A stretch of 62,660 nucleotides of DNA, the filler included, from Choristocarpus tenellus KU-1152 (lineage: Eukaryota; Protista; Phaeophyceae): assembly GCA_964200185.2 (NCBI GenBank). It is 11 parts of 11 records of this genome, joined end to end, with 100 filler letters (N's around TTAATTAATTAA, not from the genome) between each part and the next. Parts side by side here need not be neighbours in the genome. Positions count along the whole stretch, not along the records: positions 44,364 to 53,009 come from CAXNAD020004491.1; positions 53,110 to 57,185 come from CAXNAD020016352.1; positions 57,286 to 62,660 come from CAXNAD020010995.1; 8 more parts are not named here. The stretch is one strand, 5' to 3'. Made by a program: the position numbers and the translations under genes. Position 1 is the stretch's first letter. Each line of letters starts with the position of its first letter. Below are positions 48,301-61,029 of this stretch, one piece after another. The notes below the pieces were generated by a model. That model worked only from the letters and a program-made list of their open reading frames with translations, did no database searches and was not told the DNA's origin.

Positions 48301-51300
48301 CAAGTGAAAGTGCTCTTGACATGATTGAAAATAATCTTGACATGTTTGAAGACACTCTTGACATGTTTGAAAGCAATCTTGATATGTCTGAAGACACTCT
48401 TTACATGTTTGAAGACACACTTGATATGTTTGAAAATAATCCTGACATGTTTGAAAACACTCTTGGCAGTTGTGAAATGAGTCAAGTGATTGGAATGAGT
48501 GAGTCGAGGGGAAAGGTGATGTATCATATCACCTTCATAGTGTACTGCATGTACACGAATCATGCAAGGAGAGGCAAAGGAAGTGTCATTGTCTGTGGTG
48601 TTGTGTTGGTTTTGTCTTGATTGTGTGTAGAGAAGAGACATCCTCATTGCATGAAAGATTTTTTAAAGATACGTATCAAATGGTTCTGAGGACAAAAAAT
48701 TTATGATACAATTTTTTTTGGTCCAGTTTTGAAGTTGAAGTTGAAGTTAGGTGCAGATGAGGAGCAGTATATGTTTGGATTGTGTGCTTAACTCATTACC
48801 TCCCTATAATGTATACAGATGTTTACTGCATGACATGTCATTGATGAGTTGCTAGGACACATCATTGTCATTATTATAATTGTTAGTATTATTGTAATCT
48901 TGATTGTTATCGTTGCTCTCTCTACAAACTATTTCGTTTGATATGTTTTTTTATAATGCAGATTGCAGAGACAGAGGAGAGTGAGAAATGTAGAGATAGA
49001 AGCATTAAAAGCAGTGGTGGTGATGATGATGGAGATGAAGGCATGAAGAAGAAGAAGAAGGAGAAAGAAACAGAAACCAAGAAGGTGGGCAAGAAGTCAC
49101 CCTGGAGAGTACAGCACAGCAATGGATACCAGCAGACATTTACTGATAACATGTAAGCAGGCAATGGCTTCATTGTAAAATGTTATGGTACTGGCAAAAG
49201 AGGGTATAGTTTTGAGAGCACAGCACTGACAAAAGAAGGTATAATGCTGTCAACAATGGGGGCATGTATTTGTAAGGGCTCTGATGATGAGGTTGGTGAT
49301 GGTGGAAAGAACATATTGTATTATATTAATCTATGACAAGGTTAATGTTAGGGTTAGGGTTAGGGTTGGAGGCAAAGATTGGAATTGGGCATCAAAATTT
49401 TTTTACGAGTTTGGGGTGTGGTTGATTGGATTATTATTATTTCTTTCACTAATATTATTTTTGTTATTGTCATTATTAGTTATTATTTTGTGTTGTGTAG
49501 TAGCAAGGGACTATTGTGTTAAGTGTTGTCGTGCCTCCTTGTCATGGATTTTGTTTTTTTCATTTTACAGATATTATAGTATTATAGTACTATAGTATGT
49601 ATTATTAATACTGTAGTATGTATTAACAGTACTGTAGTATGTATTAATAGTATTATAGTATTAGTAGAGTAGCTCAGAAATATTGGCAAAGAAGGAAGGA
49701 CTTGAGGAGTTAATTCTCACAAACCCTTTTCAGATCCCAAGGATCTTGAGTTTCTTAACTTGAGTCCAGTCAGACCTAAGGTTAGTGTTAGGGTACTAAA
49801 TGTTATTTCTTTACTAGTAACACGATAAACCAGACAGGAAGGGGGGGATGTGGTGTGGTGACGGTGACCAGTTTGTATGATATTATTATTATTATTATGG
49901 TGGATTTTCATCATAGTCGATTTTTTAAATGGGAAGGTCATTGTGTCTACGTGGGAGGTGTCTGGTTTTTGTAGAGATTATGTGGGTACATGTCGTAGAA
50001 TTGAGTATGAGAGATGGTTTGCTGGGGTTCCTCGGATGTGTACTGTGGGTAATCACTGCCTTGATATTGCCATGTGAAAGAAGGATTTCAAAAGTATAAA
50101 GTTGAAACTCATATTTTTCTGATTATTTTAAAAGTGTTTATGCTGACGTGATTGGTGTTATCTTTATTATTTTTTCTGTTATCATTTTTTTCGTGAGACA
50201 ATTCATTCTTGTTTGGAGATTGTTTGGAGATTGAACTTACACCTACAATTGAGAATATAGTTACGTTGTTCTCCTTGTATGATACATATGAGGCACAATT
50301 CTGGAGGCGGTCCTTTCTTCCCCTTCCCCTTCCCCTTCCCCTTCCCCTTCCCCTTCCCCTTCCCCTTCCCCTCCCCCTACCCACCCATCGATGCACCAAC
50401 CTATTTCCTAGTTGCACTCATCCTCAAAGCACACGCCTGACCATGTCTTTACTTTTGTCTATCTCTCTTTTTTTTTGCTGTTACATATCTGTTACATATC
50501 TAGGCGAATGTCACTGTTTCCCAACAGAGACTGGGAGTGGGTGAAGTCCAAGCTCAAACGCCTTCCTCCAAAAGTGCGACTGCCAGCCCCTCCCCCCAAA
50601 CCTCAATCTAGCCAAATGTCAGAGAAGGCATATCCTCCAAATGGTGGCCCAGGAATGGCTGGAATGGGCCCGACTGGGGGACTTGAGGGCATGGCCTTCC
50701 TCCAGTACGCCTATCAACAGATGGGAAAAGCAGCAGCAAATATGCATGCTGGAGGAGGTTTTAGGGCACCAGGGGTGAGTGAGTCGGGGCTCTTGAGGGA
50801 GGAGCAAGGGCAACAGCAGGGGCTAGATCCATCCGCCTTCCCATTCTTGTACAACTCACCAAGTGCCTTGTACACTGCCACTGCACCAGCCCAACATCAA
50901 GCAGCAGCAGTGGAGATGGCAGGCATGGGGGTGGGAGCAGGGGGAGGTGTCCCCCACAGAATGATACCTAATTATTTGGGAGGGCAGGGGCAAGGGCAGT
51001 ACATTGGTCCTAACCCTAATCTTGACCCTGTGAGGGGCCCTGAGGCCAGTGCCAACAAAAGACATCACCATGAATCTGGTTGCGATGACTTTGAGGGGCG
51101 GCTCCATGGTCATGATGGTGACAGTGGTAATACTACCAGTGGGGAGAGGGTTGTAGTACAAACAAGGCAACACCAGCAACAACAAAAGCATGGGTTGTTC
51201 AATGATCACCCTGAGGAGGACTACAGAGACTCTGGGCCAACAGGCTCTGGGCCAACGGGCTCTGGGTTAGGGCTAGGGTCACGCTCAGATGATTTGTTGA

Positions 51301-53009
51301 TGACTGCCAAGACTGCGTTGAACGCAAGGCATAGTTGGGAGGAGGGGGTAGACATTTGTGGATTTGTCTCAACCAACTTAGGGTCAAGTGAAAGGAAAGA
51401 GGTTATTTCTGTTGCAAGGGGGGGTACAAGTCCAGGCAAAGAATCTGGGGAGATGGGCTTAAGGACTGGCCAGCAGGTCAGAGCGGTGCCAGGGCCCCCC
51501 GTGCTGGTTGCAGTTGAAGGGGCAAGAGCTGAGACACAGAGGGGAGGGGCAGAGGTGGGGATCAATACCGTGATACTTGGAGGAGAGGAAACAGGAGTGT
51601 TTCTGGGAAAAACAATAGATGTTGGGGCAGGGGGACAGGGTGGTTCCACAGGTAGTCGCCGACCTCCTCGAGATTCGTATGATCCTGATGAATACGATCC
51701 GGATGCGTATGACCCCAGTGAGGTAATTCTTAGGACCCCTGCATGGAAGGGACACAAGGGGAAGGGGGGAGAAGGGGTGGGGGGCAGGCAGGGAAGTGAG
51801 AGGACTAAGGGAGAGAGTATCTGCAGCCACAGTCCAAGCCGAAGTCCAAGTATTGGCAGGAGGAACAGGAATGTCCACAGCAACAGCAGTCCTTCAAGAC
51901 GGGTTCCAAGTCCTGACCTGAATCGGGTTGGTTATGCGCCTGGGTGAGCTTAGTTTTTGTATGTAGTATGGCATTGTTGATGTATGTTGTGATATGTTGT
52001 GTAAGTAAGGTATTGGTCGTCTATCGGAGCAATTAATTATCTTCTTTTTTTGTCTTTCTTGATTATCTACCAGTGATAGTGTTTGTGATTTAATGTATTA
52101 CTAAACTGTTTTATCGCTGTGGAGATTGTTTGGGGGTGGAATGCTGTTTATTGTTTATTATTGTGTGGTCAAATTGAATGAACTGTAGTTGCATTAGTAC
52201 TACTTCTATTTTTGGCACTAGGAAAAGCTTTTTGGGTGTTGATAGCAATGCTCACCTTTGAGCTGGTGAGGCCAATTGGAGGAGGAGAGAAGTAGAAAGT
52301 ATCGATTTTTGGTTCTTTGTTTTTAAAAATTGTTGTAGCATTTTTTTTTAATGGACTGGACGGCAGTTGCATGGAAATTTTAGAAGTTGAGGCTTTTGGG
52401 GTTTCTTGACACAATACCAACAAGCCAAAGGGCTACTATGAGTGCTCTTTGTTTATTGATAGCATTCAAGAACATTCCGCAGAGTGTCAAGGCTTTCTCC
52501 TTGTCTCACCCACCAGGTATGGCTACGGGTTGGCAGACTCTAAGCATTCTCGTCATGGAAGCAAGTTTAAGGAGAATGGCAATGACAGCTGGAGGGGGAG
52601 ACATGGTGGTGGACAGGATAGAGGCCGAGGGACTGGGGACAACAATGGGAACAATGAAGAAAGCAGTCACTACAAGGGCGGCCACGGAGACCACTGTGGC
52701 GGCTACGTTAGTCACGTTGTACACCCACATAGAAATGGGAGTGACGGATTTGGGGGTTTCACAAATGGAAGTTACAGTGGCAGTGGGGATGGAAATGGCA
52801 CCATTGTTGGTAGTCATGGTCATGGTCATGGTCATGGTCATGGTCATGGAAGTCATTTTAGTGGCAGCCATGTTGAAAACTTAAGTAGTCACAGTCGACC
52901 CAACAGTACTGGGCAACAGGGAATCTGGGGAGATGGAGTTGGAGGAGAGGGTGTGTGGCATGATCGTAATGAACAGTTGCAGGGGTTGCAAAACACGCCA
53001 CCATTGATG
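44364..53009 (+). CDS. Five-exon fragment of an unknown, largely low-complexity protein (RG-rich start, long Gly/Gln-rich region, HG repeats)
   Basis: Exons <44364-44531, 47081-47179, 48962-49152, 50504-51943 and 52463->53009, with GT-AG junctions and phases 0, 0, 2, 2 that join in frame. The 1.44-kb exon accounts for ORF 50412..51947. Confidence 0.7.
44568..44743. repeat. 57-bp tandem repeat x3
   Basis: agtttgatttggagttggttaattgatgttattaatggttgatttactgctatttgt at 44568, 44625 and 44682. Confidence 0.95.
45293..45345. repeat. (CA)n microsatellite
   Basis: Direct reading. Confidence 0.95.
45762..47387. repeat. Cluster of short interstitial telomere-like (CCCTAA/TTAGGG)2-4 runs in both orientations
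   Basis: Runs near 45765, 45798, 45912, 45991, 46310, 46460, 46621, 47198 and 47371. Confidence 0.85.
48313..48463. repeat. 21-bp minisatellite x7
   Basis: Consensus tcttgacatgtttgaa(gacac/aataa), inside a predicted intron. Confidence 0.92.
50317..50372. repeat. (CTTCCC)n microsatellite upstream of a splice acceptor
   Basis: Direct reading. Confidence 0.9.
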
Positions 53010-53109
53010 NNNNNNNNNNNNNNNNNNNNNNNNNNNNNNNNNNNNNNNNNNNNTTAATTAATTAANNNNNNNNNNNNNNNNNNNNNNNNNNNNNNNNNNN
53101 NNNNNNNNN

Positions 53110-53137
53110 CCCTCCCCCCTCCCAGATACTTTGGGTC
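53110..53137. mobile_element. MITE family 1, right terminus
   Basis: polyC-CAGATACTTTGGGTC is the reverse complement of the left TIR at 30906. Confidence 0.7.
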
Positions 53138-53699
53138 TGATGGGTGCTAGTAGATCAATAATCAAGCCAAGGAAGGGAGGTAAGCAGAGCCGCAGTGGTA
53201 ATGGTGCAAGAGGAACGTCTTCTACTACCTCTAGCACCTGGATGTATGAGATATTGCCATCTACTGCTATGCTATTAGTACAATTATGGTGGGCGTGCAG
53301 ATCGACAGGAATCATCCTCTTCGTTTTCACTTTCGTCTGCTTCCAACATGGATAGTTCGATCGACCCTTTCTTGATGTATGTGCAGAAGCGCCAAGACCT
53401 CAAGCGCAAGGGTTTATGCAACAGAAAAAACTGTACCATAAAAGCACAAAGCATTCGCAGTAGTATCAACATGGAGGTGACACTTCAACACTCAAAATGA
53501 TATTTTACCTACAACATATGTTAGTCAACTGCATATGCAAACAAATTTCAAAACATACTGTTCCACTATAACAACGCCTTGGATGGATAGTATTCAGCAG
53601 TGTAAACTCCATTATAATGTTGCAGCACAACATGATGTTATGCCATCGTAATACTTGAATGGATGTTGATATCAATCTCACGTTATAGTGCCATGGGAT

Positions 53700-56650
53700 A
53701 GCATGCTACTACAGCACTTTGGAGAATGCGAATTAGTGTCGACCTGAAACAAATGTTGATGTTCTATGTGGCCCACTACACTGAATACACTCTCAACAAC
53801 ATACTCATCATTCCAATAGATTTTCAATCTTCACAGTGCGACCATGCATCCAGCATGCAGACAACCGCACACTTCACAGGGGCATCCATCTTCCTTGCAA
53901 CATAAATCAAACACTTCCATTCATTCACTACAATCAATAGAAGCAACATAGAAGTTCTCTAAGCAAGGGGTGCCACACAGGTGGACACAGTAAGCTAAGA
54001 GACCTTCTACAGTAGTTGTTTCATGACTACTAAGAACATTAACGGAATGCTACAATAAACATGCTACATGACTACATCATAAAGTTTCTATATTGAACCC
54101 CAACAATACACAAGCCAGACAACTGTTGAGCTAGAGAGCTGTGAACGCAAAGACTTAACAAGAAGCATGTGGGGTTTTCCTCAAGTTCCTCAATCTTGCC
54201 CTAGTGGTGCCTGCAGAACAATCTATTGGCATGGTACACCTACCTTCAATGGGTACCATTATGTGGGCACAACCTCATCAACCTTGGTCTGTACAACAAC
54301 ACCCCCAGTGTCAGATCGGAACACCCTCAGCCTTGCATCATTGTAAACAACAAAGGTTGTCCCTTTCCCCTATAGGACAAGAGTGTTTGCATTGTCACCG
54401 AACAGGGAAAGAGTGGGTGTGCAGCACATCCTGGTGGTAAGTAGGGGAAGTACTTGGCCATGAAGAGGGTCTATCAATGACGATAAAGCAAAACAAAGTA
54501 GTATTCTCAGGAAAGGAGAAATAAAACTATCCAGGAAATAAGAGCAACGTTCCAGCAAATGTCGCCACTTGGCTCTAGTCTGCTGCGCTGAGAAGTGACA
54601 AAACACACCGACTTGCATTTTGGTGAGCACAACGTATCAACCAGAGTACACAGCGGAATACCCTTCACAGAGAAAGGGAAAGGGCACTCAGCTGCTGGTG
54701 CCTTCAACCTAATATGCAAGCGTTTTATGAGTGTGCGTATGTTATGAAGAAAATGTTTAACAATCTACTTGCATCCCATAGTACTCTATAATATAGTTGG
54801 AGCAGAAAGGTGTTCGTTGTTAGTGAAAGCTTAGTGCGAGATGGTTGTAAATGTCACCCCACCCCCTATGCTGCAGTGGGTGACTCTTTTTGTGTTCTCT
54901 GCCAGAACGTTTCTCGTACATGTGTGCATGCATGTGCAAAATTAGCACCAGCCAGTCAGCCTTAGTAACATATTTCAGGGTCCCCATCCATTATGAATAA
55001 GTGTGCACATGCAGAATAATACTCATATCCCATGCAAACGAAGAGCTCTGCTCAAGTACTTCTTGATACTCCTTACACTAAAGAAACTCTAGTGACTGTT
55101 GAGAGGGTTGAAACATCAAAAGGCTGTGTGCATCTCAAGAATATTTCCACCATTTACATCCCATCCAACTAGCCTGCAGGATCAACAAATGTGATTAAGC
55201 GCGTATTGGAGAAAATCGATTTCACCTAATTCCATGGCATGGCCTGGAGTGACTCTTCTCACTTGTAAGTAAGGATATATGTGAGCAGCTAAACTATTCC
55301 AAAAAGACTTTTAGTACAATAACACGCATGAGTGGAAAGGGAGGTGGCGACAGAGACACTGACACCATGCATGCAGCACCTCACCCTGATGAAATTGAGA
55401 GGAATCTTCCTCCCCCACAGGTGCAGGAAGGCCCCAAAGACCTCAACGTTAACCTGAGAAGTAGAAGTCATCCGAGGTGGGCATTGAACACAGTAGGCAT
55501 GAGATAATCAGGAACCGCAGGAGAGGTAGAGGCTCATCATGCAGTTGGAAGTGCAATTAGATCAGAAAAGGATCAGGACAGCAAACACACAGGCTTCAAG
55601 AGGACACCATGAGCTTCAAAACATACGCAGCAAAAGCGTCAATTGATTATCAAACCGCTGCTCAAACATTGAAGGCAGTACATTGGCAGGGGTAGGTAGA
55701 GTGGGCACAAACAATGAGTGTACTCTTGCTCTCAAGAACATAATCCGGTAGTTTTTAACTTCCGCATCTCAAAATACTCTCCTCGTAGTCGTATAAATAG
55801 ATTGATTGGGGTTTCCGACACTATACTTCAAAGTGAGAGATGCATGTGAGCTAAGTGCCTCCAAGGGCTAGTTAGGCAGAGGAACTTGCGTGTCTTTGAC
55901 CAAAGAGTACGCCTCCTTATCCTCGCAAAGTGAGAACCGTGCCTCAGCAATACAGACCCCCATTCTTCAAGTGGCCATAGATCCTTGAGCTGCCCGTGCC
56001 TTGAGTTGTCCATCCCTAACCAAAATCTATCTCAACCTCACCTGCTACTTTGTAAGCGAGCAAGGACTTAAGAAGCGCCCGGCAGAGTAATTCCCGGCGA
56101 CATATCAAGAATTCAATTCACACTTCTGACTAGCTGCACACATCGACACAGCAAGCTAGGTGGTGCTACTATGGAGATCTGGCCATCCAAGGCTGACCAT
56201 ATTATGACGTCCTTACACCCGCCTGTACTTCTATTTTATCTCTGAAACTACACCTTCGTGTGTGAGCATCACTCTCACGGTCTCTGACATGCTACAATCT
56301 ACAGTCAGTGCTGTAGATGTCTTGTTGCCGGCAAACAACTCTGCGACCAGAACTTGCTCCAGGTCAGAATTTCCGTCTTCCTGTGTCAATGAGGCAGCTC
56401 CGCCCTATGACAAATATCTGATACCCGCAAATGCTGAACTGTACCTTTAGGCTGCTTTGCCCCATGGTTTCCAAACAGACTGTGCTCCGCAGATCATTAT
56501 TTCTAATAATGATCTTGGCATCACTCTCTCAACACCAGCAACAGGGCGTCATAAGGAGGTAGGGCCTCTATCAAGGATACTCATCGGGATATACACAGAA
56601 TACTTCGGAGGTTTACTCCTCAAAATACACCAGCAGGTCAAGTATTTCCA
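53700..56650 (-). mobile_element. Decayed Ty3/gypsy element (protease-like and RNase H-like fragments)
   Basis: FSVKGIPLCTLVDT (retropepsin xLVDTG-like, ~54640) and TPTLSLFGD...TFVVYNDA...TGVLL (start of RNase H-like region, ~54300-54420). Many stops; boundaries approximate. Confidence 0.5.
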
Positions 56651-57439
56651 TTCTTCTTGAGCAAGGATCAACAAACCTTCTACACGTGGGGTGGTCCATC
56701 CACGTTAAATCTTAATGTTAAACATTCTTTTCATACACTTACCCCATGACTCACAACTTTCCTATCAATGCACACCCCACTAGAGCTGTAAAGACTTTTC
56801 ATTCCGAATCTTTCCCTTTCCCACAAATCACAATGCGGATTGGATGCGGCCGACAAGTCTCGTGAGTTGCATGTCTTTTCCATGCAATTCATTTTGTTCT
56901 TTTTTTTATCTTACACATACCTGAGTCCATTCGAGCATTTGCAGCCTCGTGCACGGGGCACACCCCCCCACATCAAGGACACCATCTCACACAGAACACA
57001 AATCTAAGGATAAATACCCGCACACTATTTCACACCAACAAAAAAATCGAAATAATACCTGCAGGAACGCAGACAGTTGAAGTGCGGCAAACATCTCAGA
57101 TGTAGCCAATGCACACCCCCCCCCCCCAGAACCACCACACTCCGCCTTAAACACAGCCAAAGAACCCCAAGCACCATCTGAAACCNNNNNNNNNNNNNNN
57201 NNNNNNNNNNNNNNNNNNNNNNNNNNNNNTTAATTAATTAANNNNNNNNNNNNNNNNNNNNNNNNNNNNNNNNNNNNNNNNNNNNATCATTCTTGATTGA
57301 GAGATCAATGACCTCAGCTACAACAGAATAAACACATCGGTGCTTTGCAGCACAATCACACATCTATTCACCACATATATTACTTATCGGTGCTTTGCAA
57401 CACCATGATTCCTCATCGCTCGTAGTCTACGCATTTTGC

Positions 57440-58100
57440 TTACATGTACGATGCATTGGATTCAGGTTTCAACATTTACCCACGTTCTTTCTGAGCTCTC
57501 TCCTCCCCATTATCCAGCCTTTCGCAAAGTCCTTAGAACCTCAATTTTCGTAGGCCCTGTCTGGGATCACTTGTATCTCACCAACAGCTTTGAACAGTGT
57601 ATATCTGAGACCATGCACCCTGTGCAACATTCCCAGCTCACACGTGGGATAATCCAATGCTTCATTCGATGTGATCAAGTTAAGAATTATTCCCAAGATA
57701 ATCGATTAATCCCCACACAAACCTTTCAACTTCTAGGCGCCACCATGTAACCAGTAGAACTCCCCCTGTGAGCAAAAATAGGACAATCGTAAGGTGTGCC
57801 CTGTTTTGTGTGCGTGGGATTATGACATTGGATTAAGTTCATGTGATGTATCTAATGAGATAGTGCATATGGATTATGTATGGGGTTTGGTATTGAAATC
57901 AAACATCTCTGACATAAAACCACCTGCACACCCTGAAAACGAAACATATATCGGTGGAACACCAGAATCCTGATATTTCCAATGTTCCACTCAGGTTCGA
58001 TAGGTTGTGAGAGCAGGGTTGTGCTTCCCGATGATCCAGTCTATTGCAAAATTCTTTGAACCCTAACTGTGATACATGTGTGCGGGATCATTCGAATCTC
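57440..58100 (-). mobile_element. Decayed Ty1/copia RT-RNase H 3' remnant
   Basis: GTLE...STDICFVF (GSLxYL...RPDIxFAV-like, ~57940-57990) and SHRMKH (HxRxKHI-like, ~57660). Confidence 0.5.
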
Positions 58101-59209
58101 ATGAACGACTTCGAGTTGTGCGAGTCTGAGACCATGTTGCGCTCAGAGCAGTTCCAACCTAAGACATAGAAGAATACCCGTTTCTACATTGGATGTCATC
58201 AGGTTTTTGAGTGTATCCAACGGGAAAGGGTCCCATACGTACTTCTGTCGTGGAGGGGAATTAGGGTATATTTCATCCCCAGGATTAGCTTTTGTTAGAA
58301 ATTACTAAGAAAAACGCCTCAGGTACTGAGAAGATGCATCTCAGTAGCTCAGGGGTTTACTGGAGCTCCTCAGTAACTTAGGGGTTTCTAGAGTTCTAAA
58401 GTGGAGTACACCCTGTTCGATGCAGACGGAAACAATAAACCCACAGAGGAGTGTATCTCATTGTCCACGCTGGTTACCACAAAAAGGTACGTATGAGGAG
58501 GTGTTCACCCCTTGTACCTTGGTATTGGTTCTGGCGAATGCTTTTGGAGTTTATTCGGTCTAATTCTACTCAGGTCCTGGGTGGAGATGTAGAAGGATAG
58601 TAATGGGGTCATCAATTGCATTGACTATGCCACCAGTTCTTCTCGCACAAAGCACGAAGATAATTAGACACCACTTTAGTTAATGGACTTTCAAGCGAGG
58701 GGGGAGATGACATTTCCCATGATTGTACAACAAATCAGAGAGTCAATCTGCATATTTTCATGCTTTTTTCAAAGTGTCACCACCTTTCTACACACTGTTA
58801 ACTGACTGAATAGTGTGCCCGCTCAGGGACACAGTATGTTCAAATGGTCAAGTACGACTTGCACAAAGAGTGTGAGTGAGTGCAAACGAGAGGTACACAG
58901 TTTTTGACCTTTTTGCATTGTAATTCAGTTTTTCAATATTTTGCAATTCCTCCATATTTCTATGGATGAAGTGCAAGAATTGACCTGAGAAGGTTGATTT
59001 CTCTATGGCCTGAAAACTCTTAGGCAATTCGGAAAATATCCTGTAATCACTTGTTTAAAAGTCGAACTTTGCACATATTTGCCGGCATCCTTCAAATTCA
59101 ACTCTGGTTAACTCTCCTTTACTTCAACTCTATTCACATTTATCCATCATCACTGCTCCCAAAAACAAAAACACACTAGAAGTGTCTCATGTCTCGTTGT
59201 AAGGTCACC

Positions 59210-59566
59210 AGTACTGACGACTAGTTGAAATAGTGCCAGCGCTAGGAGAGTGTGAGGAAGCACATAGAGTGCTTCAAAGGTCACTTTCCATTCTGGATTG
59301 AGGAGAGAATCATCAATACATTCTGCACGTTCAGTATTCTCCGTAATATGGTTTGCATGAATGGATTTGATTGGTTTGAATATGGAGTTGACTTGAGTGG
59401 GAATGATAGCCTACATGACGCTTCTGTTCCTGACCCTTTCACAGATCTAAGCGATATGGGGTTGGGGGTGATGGAATTGCAGAAACTATTGAGGAGGATT
59501 TTGATTATCAGAGGGGGAAGTTGCGCCCACTTTGGCTATAGAAATGAGTGTGGGCAATTGGAGTAG
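59210..59566 (+). pseudogene. PIF/Harbinger DDE transposase C-terminal remnant
   Basis: R*ESVRKHIECFKGHF...ERIINTFCTFSILRNM matches the Harbinger pattern ESxRKDxECxFGxLKxRF...I...CxILHNM, with small deletions and stops. Confidence 0.75.
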
Positions 59567-59603
59567 CGACAGAGTTTAACTACCACTACTGGCAGCCCAA
59601 AGT

Positions 59604-59847
59604 AGGGGGCGGCGGGTGTCCGTTTGGGACCTTTTTTTCGATTTTTGTATTTTTAGGTGAATTCGTTGCATGTGTCGGATTTTGATTGTGTTCAAACAGA
59701 GCTGCTGGTTAGGGTCTGTTGTCCTTGCGTTCTCATAAAGAATGGGAAAATATGCCATCCTTTGTTTTCGGGTCAGTTTAGTGTTTCTTTAATTGCATGT
59801 GTCGGATATTCAATGTGTTCAAATAGGGCTGTTGGTTAGGGTGTGTC
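59604..59847. mobile_element. MITE family 1-related sequence with an internal ~54-bp duplication, abutting an LTR
   Basis: gggggcggcgggtgtccgtttgggacctttttttcgatttt resembles the reverse complement of 120-200. ttgcatgtgtcggat...gtgttcaaa...ggttagggt occurs at ~59665 and ~59793. Confidence 0.55.
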
Positions 59848-60499
59848 TGTTACAACACGCTCCAGAACTCACCTCCACAGGATGTGCAACTCTAACCCAA
59901 CGACCACAAAACGACGCTATGGGGGCGTTGCCCTTGGTGATAGCTACTTGAGGCGTCAGACAATCTTCTCTCGATGCTTCACTCAGTGCTTAGCTCAATG
60001 CTCGGCTTAATGTTTCGCTCAAGATCAAAGACTGAGAAAGAGGGGTAATGGATGGCTTCCAAAAGCCCTCTTATTATTATCATCGTCCACCCGATTTCTA
60101 CAGACTATAAGGCAAAAGATATGTGCAAACTGCTGTATACATACTCCAATCATAAACCTTTTTTCTGCAATTTCTAGGAATTTTGACGTTTCTTCTGTAA
60201 GGTTACGTATGCATTACGAATCTTACTCTGCATCTTCTACAAAATCAGCATTTATTCTATAAGGCTACGTATGCGCTACTAACCTCGTATACTGCTCGCA
60301 CTTGCTAGAAACCGAGAAGAAATGCTCGCGCTATTCGCCTGTAACATGCCCTCCAGCGTGAACTAGCAATACGTGTTTCACGCTTACCACCGGCGATTGT
60401 CACCGGTGAAGGCAATAGATATCATCAATCACCTCAGATCATACTGTGACAACGAGAAAGAAATAATAAAAAATACCTGACTCTACTAGACCCAAAACA
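59848..60499 (-). mobile_element. Probable 3' LTR of the adjacent gypsy element
   Basis: On the minus strand it begins TGTTTTGGG right after a purine-rich tract (agatagggatata) and ends TGTTGTAACA (TGTT...AACA termini). No second LTR is available to confirm. Confidence 0.5.
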
Positions 60500-61029
60500 T
60501 ATATCCCTATCTACTTGGAGAAATCTGTTTCAATCTAGACCTAATCTAAGTATATATTTACTCTTTCTAAAGTACAGCTACCCTACGGTGCCAATTATCA
60601 TCTGATCATTGGCTGTCTCATGCCCCCCAAGCACGAAGCATGCTGACGACTGCTAGTGCGTAAAACAGGGAACAACATCAACATCAGTGCCGAAACAAAA
60701 AATAAAAAAATAAGTCAGACAAGGGACAGAAAAGAAAGGACTGAAGAAAGAGAAAATAAGGACTTAAGGATTTAGGTAACTGGCCTGACAAAAAGTGATG
60801 AGAAAAAAAAAAAAAAAGAAAAAAAAAATGCATCCCATATAAATTACTGTCTGCCTTAACATGGGTTACTTAATGTTTCTGACTTCCGCTGCCTTACGTT
60901 CTATGGGAGGACTACTATGACTATCAATGTTTGATTCCTCTGTTCTTACATGGAGCAGTTAGTCCTCACGTACCTTATCTTCTGGATGTACAGTGGTTAC
61001 CTGTTGGATCATTTTGGGGAAGAAGCGAC

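Noticed and set aside
51221-51883. 220-aa minus-strand ORF
   Set aside because: Antisense shadow of the 1.44-kb plus-strand exon.
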